From: the human T2T-CHM13v2.0 reference genome, Homo sapiens
Assembly (NCBI RefSeq): GCF_009914755.1
Contig: NC_060947.1
Strand: one strand, 5' to 3'
Length of the DNA stretch: 64,000 nucleotides
Each line of letters begins with the position of its first letter. Position 1 is the stretch's first letter. Both the position numbers and the translations under genes were made by a program. Under the pieces are notes generated by a model. That model saw nothing but the letters and a program-made list of their open reading frames with translations, had not been told where the DNA came from and searched no databases. Below are positions 11,975 to 24,465 of the stretch, in pieces.

Positions 11975-12220
11975 CATTTTTTTCTCTCTTTTGTACTTAT
12001 AGCTTCTCTTCCTCTGATATCTCTTTTTACTAGTAGCCTGCAAACATGCTTATGTCTTTCCCACCCCAATTCTCCTGATATTACTTTAACTCTACTTATC
12101 TCTTGAGGTATTGCCCACTTATTTTCTTTCCTTTCAGCAATAAGTTTCTTGAAAGAGTAATTAATAGTCACTCTTACTAATTTTTCTCTCAACATTTTCT
12201 CATCTACCATTTGCAGTCTG
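11975..12220 (+). mobile_element. LINE-2 fragment, probably continuous with ~10960-11060
   Basis: Pyrimidine-rich L2 sense blocks caaacatgct..gtctttccca and ctttcagcaataagtttcttgaaagagt. Confidence 0.55.
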
Positions 12221-13179
12221 AAGAGTAATACAAAAGGATAAATAATTGCTTTCTCTTTTTTTTTCTTTTTTACTAACATAATGATTACTATAGAACGCTA
12301 TATGTAAGCACAAGATGCTGATAAGGCCAAGCTTACAGACTTGTGCTCCACTTAGTCAGCTTTTTCTTGTGCTACTGCTGTAGATAACACTGTAGATTCC
12401 AGCCACAGCTGCCTTGGAGACATCTGTGACTTTCTCACGGGAGGCTGAACATAATTGTATGGCTGGAACACCACAGACAAACTTTTTAAAAGACATCTAC
12501 ATGCTCAAAGAATTAAAAGTGACTATCAGCAGGGTTCATTGACCATTTGCGTCCCCCTCAACTCTCAGTAGTTCAGTCCTGTTAAACATTTTGGATGGAT
12601 TAGCATTGCTTTTGCTCAAGGTCACTCTCTTCTGTTTTTTAAAAAATATTACATCTCACCCTACTTTCTAGGTACCAAGATCATTCTTAAGGATGACATT
12701 ACAGTCACTTGCTGTTGGCTTTGCTCACAGTCAAGATGTGTGTCTATTCAAATGTAAAAATAAAGTTGATTAGAGATGTTTATCGTGGTGCAAGAAGTTT
12801 CATCAGGTAGAACTAAGAAAGCTAGGTTTTTAAAAAGTTAGAAGCTACACAGTTAAGTCAGTTCATCAAAAGTTGTACAAAAGTAGTAGAAGTAATAAAT
12901 TGCTGCATTAAAATTGCCCATCTACAATTTTTAAGTGGTTTTTATACCTTTTTTATATAAACTATTAATGCTTCTTTGTTCAGTGGCAATATCACACTTC
13001 ATGAAGTTTTTCTGAGTCACAATTATTGCTGATTGAAATTTTTAGAGTAATGATTTTTCCTGCATAATTTTAATTATTTATATAATTATGCATTTTGATT
13101 TAAGGATTTTAATGAATATTTGAAAAAGAGATGTGGCTGGGAGTTCATTTGCTGTCTAGTTTCAAGGTCCTGTTCAAGG

Positions 13180-13345
13180 GAGGCAGAGTCAGAACATATA
13201 GTTGAAAAAATATTGGTCTGGGGACAGGACATGTGGGCTTTATAACCTAGGATTTATTTTTCCTAGGCTTCCTCCATTCAATCTTTCTAGGCATCCATTT
13301 TTTCATCCAACAAATGGAGAAAATAATACCTGTTCTATATTCCTC
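13180..13345 (+). mobile_element. MIR, degraded
   Basis: tttttcatccaacaaatggagaaaataatacct, similar to the MIR core. Confidence 0.55.
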
Positions 13346-14534
13346 ATGGAATTGAATTTTCAGAGACAGTTACAATTTCAAATATTCGAACTCCTTGACA
13401 GGACATTTGTCTCAATTTCTGGCTCACAAAGCCCAGTTACATCAAGTGTATGTTTCATAACTAAGGTCGTAGAGAACTAGGAGCTACAATTCAGCCTGGC
13501 TTTTATGTCTCTCATTTTATGTGCAATTATCGTTCTCTTTGTCTTTATGGTTTTTATGCTCAGGATAAGAAGCTATACAGCAGGAGAGTGGAAAGAGCAG
13601 CCATTCACATCCCCTAGTAACCTTCATTTTGTCATCCCTTTTGCAGTTTTTTTTTTTCTTTTTGAGAACTATGACAGTTTTCAATTCTTACAGAGACTGA
13701 AGGGATGGTAGGAAAATCACAGACTTATGGATCGATTTTAGAGTTGGAAAGACCAATCCCTTGCTTTCAATCGAGTGAAACAACGTTCAGACACAATTCA
13801 TTCACAGCCATCTATCCTGTATCTTTTGTGGAGGAGGAAGAGTAAGTAGAAGAAAATAGAGTACGGAATTATTGGAAGAGAGTTCCAAAGGATAGGACAA
13901 GTGGGCAGCTGGTCAGTGTTAGAGTCACAGGTGCAGTGAGAAAAACATAAAATTTGTGTCTCTCACAGATACATGAAGTCTGGAAGCAGAAACCAAGCAA
14001 AGAAACGGGTTCACATGAAAAAGTAGGGGGAACGTTGTCAAGGCCTGTTTGGAGAAGCAATAATGCCACTAAGACCTACTAATTTAAGAAGAAAGTTCCT
14101 ATGAAATATCGTACAACAGGCTTGATTTCTAGGAATGCATTTCTGAAACAAAGCCTGACATCATGATAGTGCTTATCCCAATGAAATTTCCCATTTCAGT
14201 GACTGTAAAACTTCGTAGGCTTCTATAGCTGCAGGATAACAAATTGTTAGGTGAGAATAAAGTGAAGGAGGACAATAAAAAGTAGGAAATGTGTGACTTG
14301 AGTGAGGGCTGAGAGAACCATATGAAGGGTCATTGAGAACCAGATTTAGCTGGTGCTATACGGAGGTTAAGTAGAAGTTTCTCATTTGAACAAAGATCCT
14401 CCTGAATAGGAAAAGTTCTTGGTGGTGATAAAAACACCATATATTGTTTTAATATTCTTCAGGATGCCTAGGGCAGATTTGGACATGGCAGAAGTCCACT
14501 AATGATTAGAGTTTTGTTTTTTAACAGCAGCACG

Positions 14535-14645
14535 ATCATTTATTTATTCAACAAGCATATTGCATTTATTGAATTGTATGTTTGATATCACAGAAAAATA
14601 AAGATGAAAGTGACACAATTACTTGCCCTTGATCTTTTCAGATAT
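14535..14645 (-). mobile_element. LINE-2 3' end fragment
   Basis: tcatttatttattcaacaagcat...atttattga tail. Confidence 0.5.
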
Positions 14646-15566
14646 AAGCATGCATAAAATTGTAATTCACTTCCAAAAACTTATCTTTTGAAACAGACAA
14701 CACCAAAACGAGCAAACAAAAAAGATAACTAAGTTTAAAATAATCAGAAAGTTGTCTTTGACACCTTTTTCAGATAATTATCTCAGAAATTGTATATAGT
14801 GTACTTTCAAAACCATATTATTTTTCTCATATCTGTAGAAGATACAGTGCTTTATATGTTTTTCATACAAATTTAAAGCTTACTCTTGCCGTTTTGCTGC
14901 ACGAATCTCTGAGGTACAAACACTTTGCTCTTTGTAATAATGCTTGTTTACCTTGCTGTAAGCAGGAGATCTGCTTGAATGTTTTTTCATTGATTTTTGT
15001 CTTTCCGCATACCTTCCATTTGTGATGAGAAATGAATTACAATGCTTATGTTGCACCGAAGTGGACAGCGTTGGCAATCTGATTTATATACACAAGACTG
15101 TTTCCATTGACAAAACAAATAGGGTAATATAACCAGAAGGCTAGAAGGAAATTCAGAATGTTATCAATTCACTCTAGCTACAGTCTATAACCATTCAAAA
15201 GATAGATGAATCTCTAACCATTTTAAGGTTATTCAATGAAGAATTTCCAATTCCCTTTTGTTATCTGTGCCTAATATTTGCTTCTGACTTCATCAATTAT
15301 ATAGCTAAGTAAAACAGTCAAACTCAAATATTATTTTCTCGTATTGCAACAATATGTGTTTATGTAAATGCAATAAAATAGACTACTAATAGACAGCAAT
15401 TTCCCCTTGTTAAAGATGGTTTTAGAATTTGCAGCCCTAAAGAGAGCCAACTCTCCCCGTAACCAAGCTTGGGTGAATGTACTTTTTACTTTAATAATCA
15501 TCAGTTAGCTTCAATTGATCATGATGAAATAACAGCTGCTTAAAATAAGATTATTCTATTGAGCCA

Positions 15567-17280
15567 TGTATTAGCTTGTTGTTGTGTTGCTATAAAGAAA
15601 TATCTGAGACTGGATAATTTATAAAGAAAAGCAGTGTAATTGGCGCATGGTTCTGTAGACTGTACAGGGAACATGGCACCAGCATCTGCTCAGCTTCTGG
15701 GGAGGCCTCAGGGAGATTTTACTCATGGTGGAAGGCGAAGCAAGAGCAGGTATGATGAAAGTGGGAGCAAGAGAGAGCAAGGGGAGAGGTGTTGCACACT
15801 TTTAAAAAACTTTTAAGTTCAAGGGTGCAAGTGCAGGTTTATTACATAGGTAAACTTGTGTCATGAGGGTTTGTTGTACAGATTATTTTATTACACAGCT
15901 ATTAAGCTTAACACCCATTAGTGATTTTTCCTGATTTTCTCCCTCCTCCCATCCTCCATCCTCTGAAAGGCCCCAGTGTGTGTTGTTTCCCTCTGTGTGT
16001 CCATGTGTTATCAGTTAGCTCTCCGTTATAAGTGAGAACATGTTGTATTTGGTTTTCTGTTCCTGCGTTAGTTTGCTAAGGATAATGCCTTTAGCTCCAT
16101 CAATGTCTCTGCAAAGAACATGATCTCAATCATTTTTATGATGTGTATATGCACCACATTTTCTTTATCCAGTCTATCATTGATGGGCATTTAGGTTGAT
16201 TTCATGTCTTTGCTATTGTGAATAGTGCTGCGATGAACACATGTGTGCATGTATCTTTATAATGGAATGATTTATATTCCTTTGGGTATATACCCAATAA
16301 TGGGATTTCTGTGTGGAATGGTATTTCTGCCTCTAGGTCTTTGAGGAATCACCACGCTGTCTTCCACATGGCTGAAGTAATTTATACTCCTCCCAACAGT
16401 GTAAAAGCCTCCCTTTTTCTTCACAACCTCACCAGCATCTGCTATTTTTTGACTTTTTAATAATAGCCATTCTGCCTGGTGTGAGATGGTATCTCATTGT
16501 GGTTTTGATTTGCATTTCTCTAATGATGAGTGATGTTGAGCATTTTTTTCTATGTTTGTTGGCCACATGCATGTCTTCTTTTGAAAAGTGTCTGTTCATG
16601 TCCTTTGCCCACTTTTTAAAGGGTTTTTTTTTTTGTAAATTTGTTTAAGTTCCTTATAGATGCTGGATATTAGACCTTTGTAGGATGCATAGTTTGCAAA
16701 GATTTTCTGCTGTTATACAGATTGTTTGTTTAGTCTTTTCATAGTTTCTTTTGCTTTGCAGAGCTATTTTGTTTAATTAGATCCCATTTGGCAATTTTTG
16801 CTTTTGTTGCAAATTATTTTGGTGTCTTTGTCATGAAATCTTTGCCCATGCCTATGTCCTGAATGGTATTGCCTAGGTTGTCTTCCAGTGTTTTTATAGT
16901 TTTGGGTTTTACATTTAAGTCTTTAATCTATCTCGAGTTAATTTTTGTATATGGTGCAAGGAAGGGGTCCAGTTTCAATCTGCATATGGCTAGCCAGTTA
17001 TCCCAGCACCATTTATTGAATAAGAAATCCTTTCCCCATTGCTTGTTTTTGTCAGGTTTGTGGAAGATCAGATAGTTGTAGGTGTGCTGTCTTATTTCTG
17101 GGTTCGCACACATTTAAACAACCAGATCTCATGAGAATTCACTTACTATTGTGGGGACAGCACTAAACCATGAAGGATACACCCCCATGACCCAAACATC
17201 TGCCACCAGGCCCCACCTCCAACATTAGGGATTACATTTCAACATGAGATTTAGGTGGAACAAATATCCAAACCATATCA
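15567..17280 (-). mobile_element. MSTA-like MaLR solo LTR split by an L1
   Basis: TGTATTAG ... AAACCATATCA termini; perfect TSD AGCCA at 15562-15566 and 17281-17285. Pieces at 15567-15803 and 17106-17280. Confidence 0.95.
15804..17105 (-). mobile_element. 5'-truncated L1PA13-like element inside the MST LTR
   Basis: L1PA 3'UTR plus ORF2 C-terminal fragments ([17 protein letters not shown]). TSD GCACACTTTT at 15794-15803 and GCACACATTT at 17106-17115, followed by AA. Confidence 0.93.
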
Positions 17281-18489
17281 AGCCACTATGACGGAGACAT
17301 TATCACACCATATGGTTCAGAATTAAGAACACGGAAATCATATCATAATGCAAAATTATGATCAGGAATTGGGTCAAAATACCAGGTTATTGGGAAGAGA
17401 AGTTAGAAATCAAGGAATAGTAAGCAGGATGTAGAGTATTGGAGGCACACCCCTAAATTGAAGTTAAGACAGGTAGGAATCCTAAACTGGAAAAAGAGAA
17501 AACTAGAGAAGCAAATCACCAACATAGAAAATAAGGTTTATGAAGGTGCTGATATTTATAGTGGTGGTTTTGATGGATGTGGCAGTAAGTTATTTCCTCT
17601 ATCTTGACCTTGTATGTTAGATTAACCTCAGGATACTCAAGCATCTTTAACTAGCTTTTCTCCCTACAGAGTTCAGGCAGAGTCAGAGATGGCACAATCT
17701 CTGATTTTTGACTTATCAAAGAATGAGGAAGCTTATTCATGGGGCACATATGCATTTATTACCAACTCATTGTGGTGAAATATGAGGTCTAGTGCAACTG
17801 GGCACTGGTCTCTAAACCTAATCAATGCTAATTCTAAACTATGTCAAACAAAAAGAGAATAAGTATTTAAATGAATTAGTCTCTGGGAGTTCCTCTATCC
17901 AGATTTTTGGTATTCTGTATTCCAAACATATGAACTGTATCCTGAAGCCTATTATAACAAATACAATTTAGTACATGACAGTAATGACAATTTAAAGTAT
18001 TTTCTATCAGCCATCAGAATGGTGATATTTAGGCCATTTCTAAATTGATATCAGAAATGTAAAATGGAAAATTCAGTTAATCAGTGAATTAAATACTCAA
18101 ACCCAAAGGATACGTGACAAATGGATCTTAAAAATACAATTTTTTTTTGTTGACTTTTTCCTTTAAAAAATATTTTGGTGGATTAACTTCCAAAGCATGA
18201 TTAAAATGCTCATGGCAGTTTTGTTCCTACTGTTCCTAAAGGTTTAAAATAAATTTCTCCTTTCTTCTTATCACAAGAATTTTATATATACAGAAATAAC
18301 AGATAATGTATTTGTCTTCTATTGAGGGATAAACCAATATTTTATGAACATAACATTTGAGATACACATGAACCTTGTTTTTTACAAGTTGTGGAGAAGG
18401 TAGGTTAGATTTGAGCAGCTTGACATTATGTGAATTAGAGTCTTAATCTTCTTATTTATTCATCTGCAAAAGTGTCTTATCTAGTGAAA

Positions 18490-18730
18490 CAGTTTAGTAT
18501 ACTCTAAAATAAAACTCTAAGTCAGATCATCTGTGTTTTGTTTTTATATGGCTTGCTTATTAAGTTTGTGACTCTGGATAAGTCAACTAATCATTCAGAG
18601 CTTTTAGTTTGCTCACTTGTTAAATGAGAATAATAATAATAAAATGTCTGTCAATTTGTGTGCCAAATGGAGATAATAATAGTAAGTGAAAGCTTTTTGC
18701 AAAATTTAAGTGGTAATATTATTGCTATTT
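18490..18730 (+). mobile_element. MIR
   Basis: tgtgactctggataagtca ... agtttgctcacttgttaaatgagaataataata. Confidence 0.75.
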
Positions 18731-19269
18731 CATTGTTATGTGTCATTCCTCCCTTATTTTTTACTAGTTGTGCTGTTAATTATGGCAACTGTTTCTTGGG
18801 AGAAGGGAATTAATTACTGGAGACTAGTACAAGATATCAGTTACTGTAAAATTCACATAATTCCATAGACAAATAAGTGAACCTAATATGGCAAACAATT
18901 AGTTGAACTACCTTGATAGCCTTTTGGATAGAATGGAGATATTGTAGTTAAATGAAAATATAAGTAGGTGGGTCTATAAATGCTTGAATGACTAGTCTTA
19001 AAAAATCATTGAAGAGTTGATATTAACCTAGTGAAAGAGATTTCTTTTTTCAAAATTGAATTTCAAAAATACCAATATTTTACATTTGTAATTGGGAAAA
19101 TGAAACATTTCAGAAATTCTAGATAAAACTTTGAAAAGAAATATAGTACAATGCAAATAACAGTAAATGACAATATGTTATGTTAAAATATAAAGTTTCA
19201 AATTTCATATAAATGTTCTAAAGCAAATAAAAAATTATTTTCAATATTTCACTTTCCTCAGTTATATAA

Positions 19270-20866
19270 AAATTTATCATAATAAGAAGACAACATAAAA
19301 TATACATTTATGACATTTTTAACTGTGCAGTACAGTATTGTTGACCATAGGTACAATGCTGAACAGCACATATCTAAAACTTACTCATCTTGCTTACTTG
19401 AAACTTTATGTCTGTGGATTACTAACTCCCTAGTTGCCTCTTCTTTAGCTGCTGGCAGCAATCATTACATTCTTTAATTTTATGAATTTGACCATTTTAG
19501 ATAAACCATATAAGTGAAATCATGCAGTATATTTCTTTTTGTTACTGGCTTATTTCACTTAGCATAATGTTCTCAAAGCATATCCATGTTTTTACATATT
19601 ACACACTTTCCTTCTTTTAAAGGGTGGAAGAGCTTTCAAGTATCTGTATATCCTACATTATCTATTCATCTGTTGATGGACATTTAGGTTGTCTCTACAT
19701 TTTGGCTATTGTGAACAGTGCTGCAGTGAACATGAGAGTGCTAATATTTCTTCAATATCTTGATTTCTTTCTCAAAAATTTTTATTTTAAGTTCGGGGGT
19801 ACATGTGTAGGATGTGCAGGTTTGTTACACAGGTAAATGTGTGTCATGGAAGGTTGTTGTACAGATTATTTCATCACCCAGGTATTAAGCCTAGTGTCCT
19901 CTAGTGATTTTTCCTGATCCTCTCTCTCCTCCCACCCTCCATCCTCTGGTAGGCCCCAGTATGTGTTGTTTCCCTGTGTGAGTCCATGTGTTCTTATCAG
20001 TTAGCTTCCACTTATAAGTGAGAACATGTGGTATTTGGTTTTCTATTCCTGTGTTAGTTTGCTAAGGATAATGGCCTTCAGCTCCATCCATGTCTCTGCA
20101 AAGGACATGATCTCATTCTTTTTTATGGCTGCATCGTATTTCACAGTGTATATGTACCACGTTTTCTTTATCCAATCTATGATTGTTGGGCATTTAGGTT
20201 GATTCCATGACATTGCTGTTGTGAATAGGGCTGCAGTGAACGTATGTGTTCATGTGACTTTATAATAGAATGATTTACATTCCTTTGGGTATACACCCAG
20301 TAATGGGATTGCTGGGTCAAACAATATTTCTGTCTCTAGGCATTTGAGGAATCTCCACACAGTCTTCCACAATGGCTGAAGTAATTTACACTTCTTCCAA
20401 CAGTGTAAAAGCATTCCTTTTTCTCCACAACCTCACCAACATGTGTTATTGTTTGACTTTTCAGTAATAGCCATTCTGACTGGTGTTAGATGGTATCTCA
20501 TGGTGGTTTTGATTTGCATTTCTGTAATGATCAGTGATGTTGAGCTTTATTTCATATGCTTATTGGCTGCATGTATGTCTTCTTTTGAGAAGTGCAAGAT
20601 CTTGATTTCAATTCTTTTGGATAAGTACCCCAAAATGGAGTTGCCAGATCATATAGTAATTGTATTTTTAATTTTTGGGGGAAGATCTTAACACTGTTTT
20701 CCATAGGCATTGCACAATTTTGCATTTCCAGCAACAACATATCAGGGTTCTGATTTCTTCACATTCTCTCCATCATTTGCTGTCCTTTGCTTTTTTCTTT
20801 TGTTTTGTTTTTGATAATAGCCAGCTTGACATGTGTGAGGTGTTATCTCATTGTGGTTTTGATTTG
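19270..20866 (-). mobile_element. 5'-truncated L1MA9-like element interrupted by an L1PA
   Basis: 3'UTR block tacagtattgttgaccataggtacaatgctgaacagca. Resumes at 20595 and ends at gttttgatttg. Confidence 0.85.
19768..20594 (-). mobile_element. 5'-truncated L1PA13-like element
   Basis: 15-bp TSD CAATATCTTGATTTC at 19753-19767 and CAAGATCTTGATTTC at 20595-20609. Confidence 0.93.
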
Positions 20867-22148
20867 TGGGGGATTTCTTTTAAGATTACTCTATTTTTGG
20901 TGCTGTCCAATGCAGTTTTTATCAATCATTTGGGTGAGGATATTAATGAGATGATAAGCAAATATGTGGAGAAATAGCTCAAATTCAGAGTCTCAAAAGA
21001 TCATGAGAATCCAGAATGATGGGCTGAAACTATCAAAATGAAATTTAATGGAGATAAATGTAAAGATCTACAATTTATTTCTCAAACACAACCCTTCAAG
21101 TAAAAGTAGCAGTTATAAAAAAGTTCTGAGTATTTGAATTGACTATAGACACTGACTGATAGAGTAGCTAAGAGATGCCAATATGAAGAACTCAAGAATA
21201 TCGGAGTTACTTGAAGCCCAGGAGCACATGGGGAAAGTGTCATAGGGTTACCATTTTGCTTTATAATATTACAAATGGATGTAGTTTAACTTTACTTCTT
21301 CCTGCTGGTCTTGCTGTCTCTGTATTTCCATATTAGAGTTGAGTGGGAAACTGGCATAAGAATCAGGAGAAGTGAGGGAACTGCACCCAAGCTCAAGAAG
21401 AGTGAGAAAATATGGTTACTTTTATTATGTAGGGAGTATATGCCATATATTAATAACATTTGTGTTCTTTGATTTGGACCTTAAATCTCATGATTATTAG
21501 AATGTGTAGCATTATGTAAACAAATGATGTTTGTTTTTATAATCAAGATTTTGACTTAGTCTGTGTTGTATTTGCAGTTCTTGTTTGAAGGATTAAAAAT
21601 AAAAATGTACTAAAAGTTTACAAAATCTAACATATTTTATATAAAATGTAAATTTAAATAAAAATATTTTTGAAAAGTTATTTTTCTTCTAAAATATTAA
21701 AATTAACAAAACTAAAAAGCAAAATTAATGACACCATTTCAACCAAGATTATGTAACATTTAAATATGTTATATTCAGTTTTAGTACTTAATTTTTTATT
21801 TTTGTGGGTACATAGTAGATGTATATATTTATGGAGTACATGAGATATTCTGATACAGGTATGCAATGTGAAATAAAGCACCTCATGGAGAATGGGGTAC
21901 CCATTCTCTGCAGTATTTATTCTTTGTGTTACAAACACTCCAATTACACTTTTAGTTATTTTTAAAGAAGTTATTATTGACTATAGTCGCCTGTTGTGCT
22001 ATCTAACAGTAGGTCTTACCCATTCTTTCTTACTTTTTTGTTCCCATTAACCACCTCCACTTCTCCCCCAGCCCCCTAGTACTATTCCAAGCTTCTGGTA
22101 ACCATCCTTCTACTCTCTATGACCATGAGTTCAATTGTTTTGAGTTTT

Positions 22149-24029
22149 TTGTTTGTTTGTTTGTTTCAATCACTATTATCAAGATATATCTTTTAAAAAT
22201 TTTCATTTTTTATTTCAATAGGTTTCTGGGGAAGAGGTGGTGTTTGGTTACATGAGTAAATTCTTTAGCAGTGATTTCTGAGATTTTGGTGCACCTAGCA
22301 CCCGAGCAGTGTACACTGTACCCAATGTGTAGTTGTTTATCTCTCACCATACCCCACCCTTTCTCCCAAGTCCTCAAAGTCCAATGTATCATTCTTATGT
22401 CTTTATGTCCTCATAGCTTAGCTCCCACATATGAGTGAGAACATACAATGTTTGATTTTCCATTCCTGAGTTACTTCACTTAGAATAATGGTATACAATT
22501 CCATCCAGGGTGCTACAAATGCCTTTATTTTGTTCCTTTTTATGGCTGAGTAGTATTCCATGGTGTATACATATATATTTGAGTTTATTTTTTTGTAGAT
22601 TCTGGATATTAGTCCTTTGTCAGATGTATAGATTGTGAAGATTCTCTCACTCTGAGTTGTCTGTTAACTCTGCTGATTATTTATTTTGCTGTGCAGAAGC
22701 ATTTTAGTTTAATTAAGTCCATCTATTTATCTTTGTTTTAATTGCATTTGCTTTTGGATTCTTGGTTATGAAGTCTTTGCCTAAGCCAACATCTAGAAGG
22801 GGTTTTCTGATGTTATCTTCTAGAATGTTTATGGTCTCAGGTCTTAGACTTAGGACTTTGATACAGCTTGAGTTAATTTTTGTGTAAGGTGAAAGATGAG
22901 AATTCAGTTTCATTCTTCTACACGTGGTTTGCCAATTATCCCAGCACCATTTGTTGAATAGAGTGTCCTTTCCCTACTTTATGTTTTTGTATGCTTTGTT
23001 GATGATCAGTTGGCTGTAAGTATTTGAGTTTATTTCTGGGTTCTTTATTCTGTTCCATTGGTCTATGTGCCTATTTTTATATGAGTCCCATGCTGTTTTG
23101 GTGACTATGGCTTTAGAGTATAGTTTGAAGTCAGAAAATGTGATGCCTCCAGATTTGTTCTTTTTGTTTAGTCTTCCTTTGGCTATATGGGCTGTTTTTT
23201 TGGTTCCATTGACTTGCTCCAGTGGAGGTAGCAGAGGAGTGAAGTGGACTCTGTGAGGGTCCTTGCTTGTGTTTTTGTTTAGTGGGCTGGTTTTGTGTTG
23301 ATTTGGCCTCCAGCCAGGAGGCAGGCACTTTCAAGAGTGCATGAGCTGTGGTCCTATAGGGAGGAGGCAAACTTGCCCTAGGGACACCTGGTTAAGTATT
23401 CAAGTTTCTCAGGTGGTGGGAAGGGCAATAGAGCTCCCAAGAGAGTATGTCCTTTGTCTTTGCCTACTAGGGAGGGTAGAGAAAGACCACCAGGTAGGGG
23501 CAGGGATGGGCATGTCTGAGCTCAGCCTCTTCTTGGGCAGGGCTTGCTGCAGCTGCTGTGGGTGATGGGGGTGTCATTCCCAGTCCAATGCTGTTATATT
23601 CCCAGGAGGATTATGGCTGCCTCTGCTGAGTCATACAAGCTGCCAGAAAAGTGGGGGAGACCTGGCAGTCACCGGCCGTATCCTGCTCCCATGCAGCTCA
23701 CAGTCCTAAAGGCCAGTCTCACTCCCACCATGCCCCACCCAACAGCACCAAGTCTATTTCCAGGCAGCCAGTGATCAGGGCTGAGAACTTGCCCCAGACC
23801 ATGAGCCTCCCCACTGAAAGCAAATGAACCCACAGGTTTTCTGCATCTCAGGGAGCCTACAGCAGTGATCCAGTTCCTTCAAAGGGTCTGTGGATTCTCT
23901 TGGCTTTCCTCCTATGTTCCTGTGGTGGTTCTTGGAACTACAGTTTACAACGTGACTATCCCCATGCTGCTCTGTCCATCCGAGTGGAAGCTGCAAGCTA
24001 GTCCTGCCTTGAAATACATCTGGATTACC
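22149..24029 (-). mobile_element. L1PB1-like element with both ends but large internal deletions
   Basis: Perfect 13-bp TSD TGTTTTGAGTTTT at 22136-22148 and 24030-24042. 3'UTR from ~22200, sequence jumps at ~22575 and ~23209, L1PBa-type 5'UTR at 23210-24015. Confidence 0.9.
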
Positions 24030-24206
24030 TGTTTTGAGTTTTAGATGCCACAAATAAGTGGCAATTTGTGATGTTTGTTTTTCTGTGCCTGGCTTATTTC
24101 ACTTGGCATAATGATCTCCAGTTCCATCTATGTTTTTGCAAATTACAGGATCCCATTCTCTTTTGTGGATGAATAATACTCCATTGTGTAGAAATACTAC
24201 ATTTTC

Positions 24207-24465
<259 letters not shown>

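Larger units (their letters stand above)
18850..21170 (+). mobile_element. L3/CR1 RT-region relic in two pieces (~18850-19048 and ~20867-21170), split by L1 insertions
   Basis: gatgggctgaaactatcaaaatgaaatttaatggagataaatgtaaag is typical L3. Both breakpoints carry GATTTCTTTT. Confidence 0.7.

Noticed and set aside
17645-17800. Strong-looking acceptor tttaactagcttttctccctacAG (similar one at ~63390-63410)
   Set aside because: No convincing downstream donor or recognisable reading frame.
21243-21424. Possible hAT-Blackjack MITE (TAGGGTTACCAT ... ATGGTTACTTTTA)
   Set aside because: The right TIR is too degenerate and there is no 8-bp TSD, so it cannot be supported without an HMM search.
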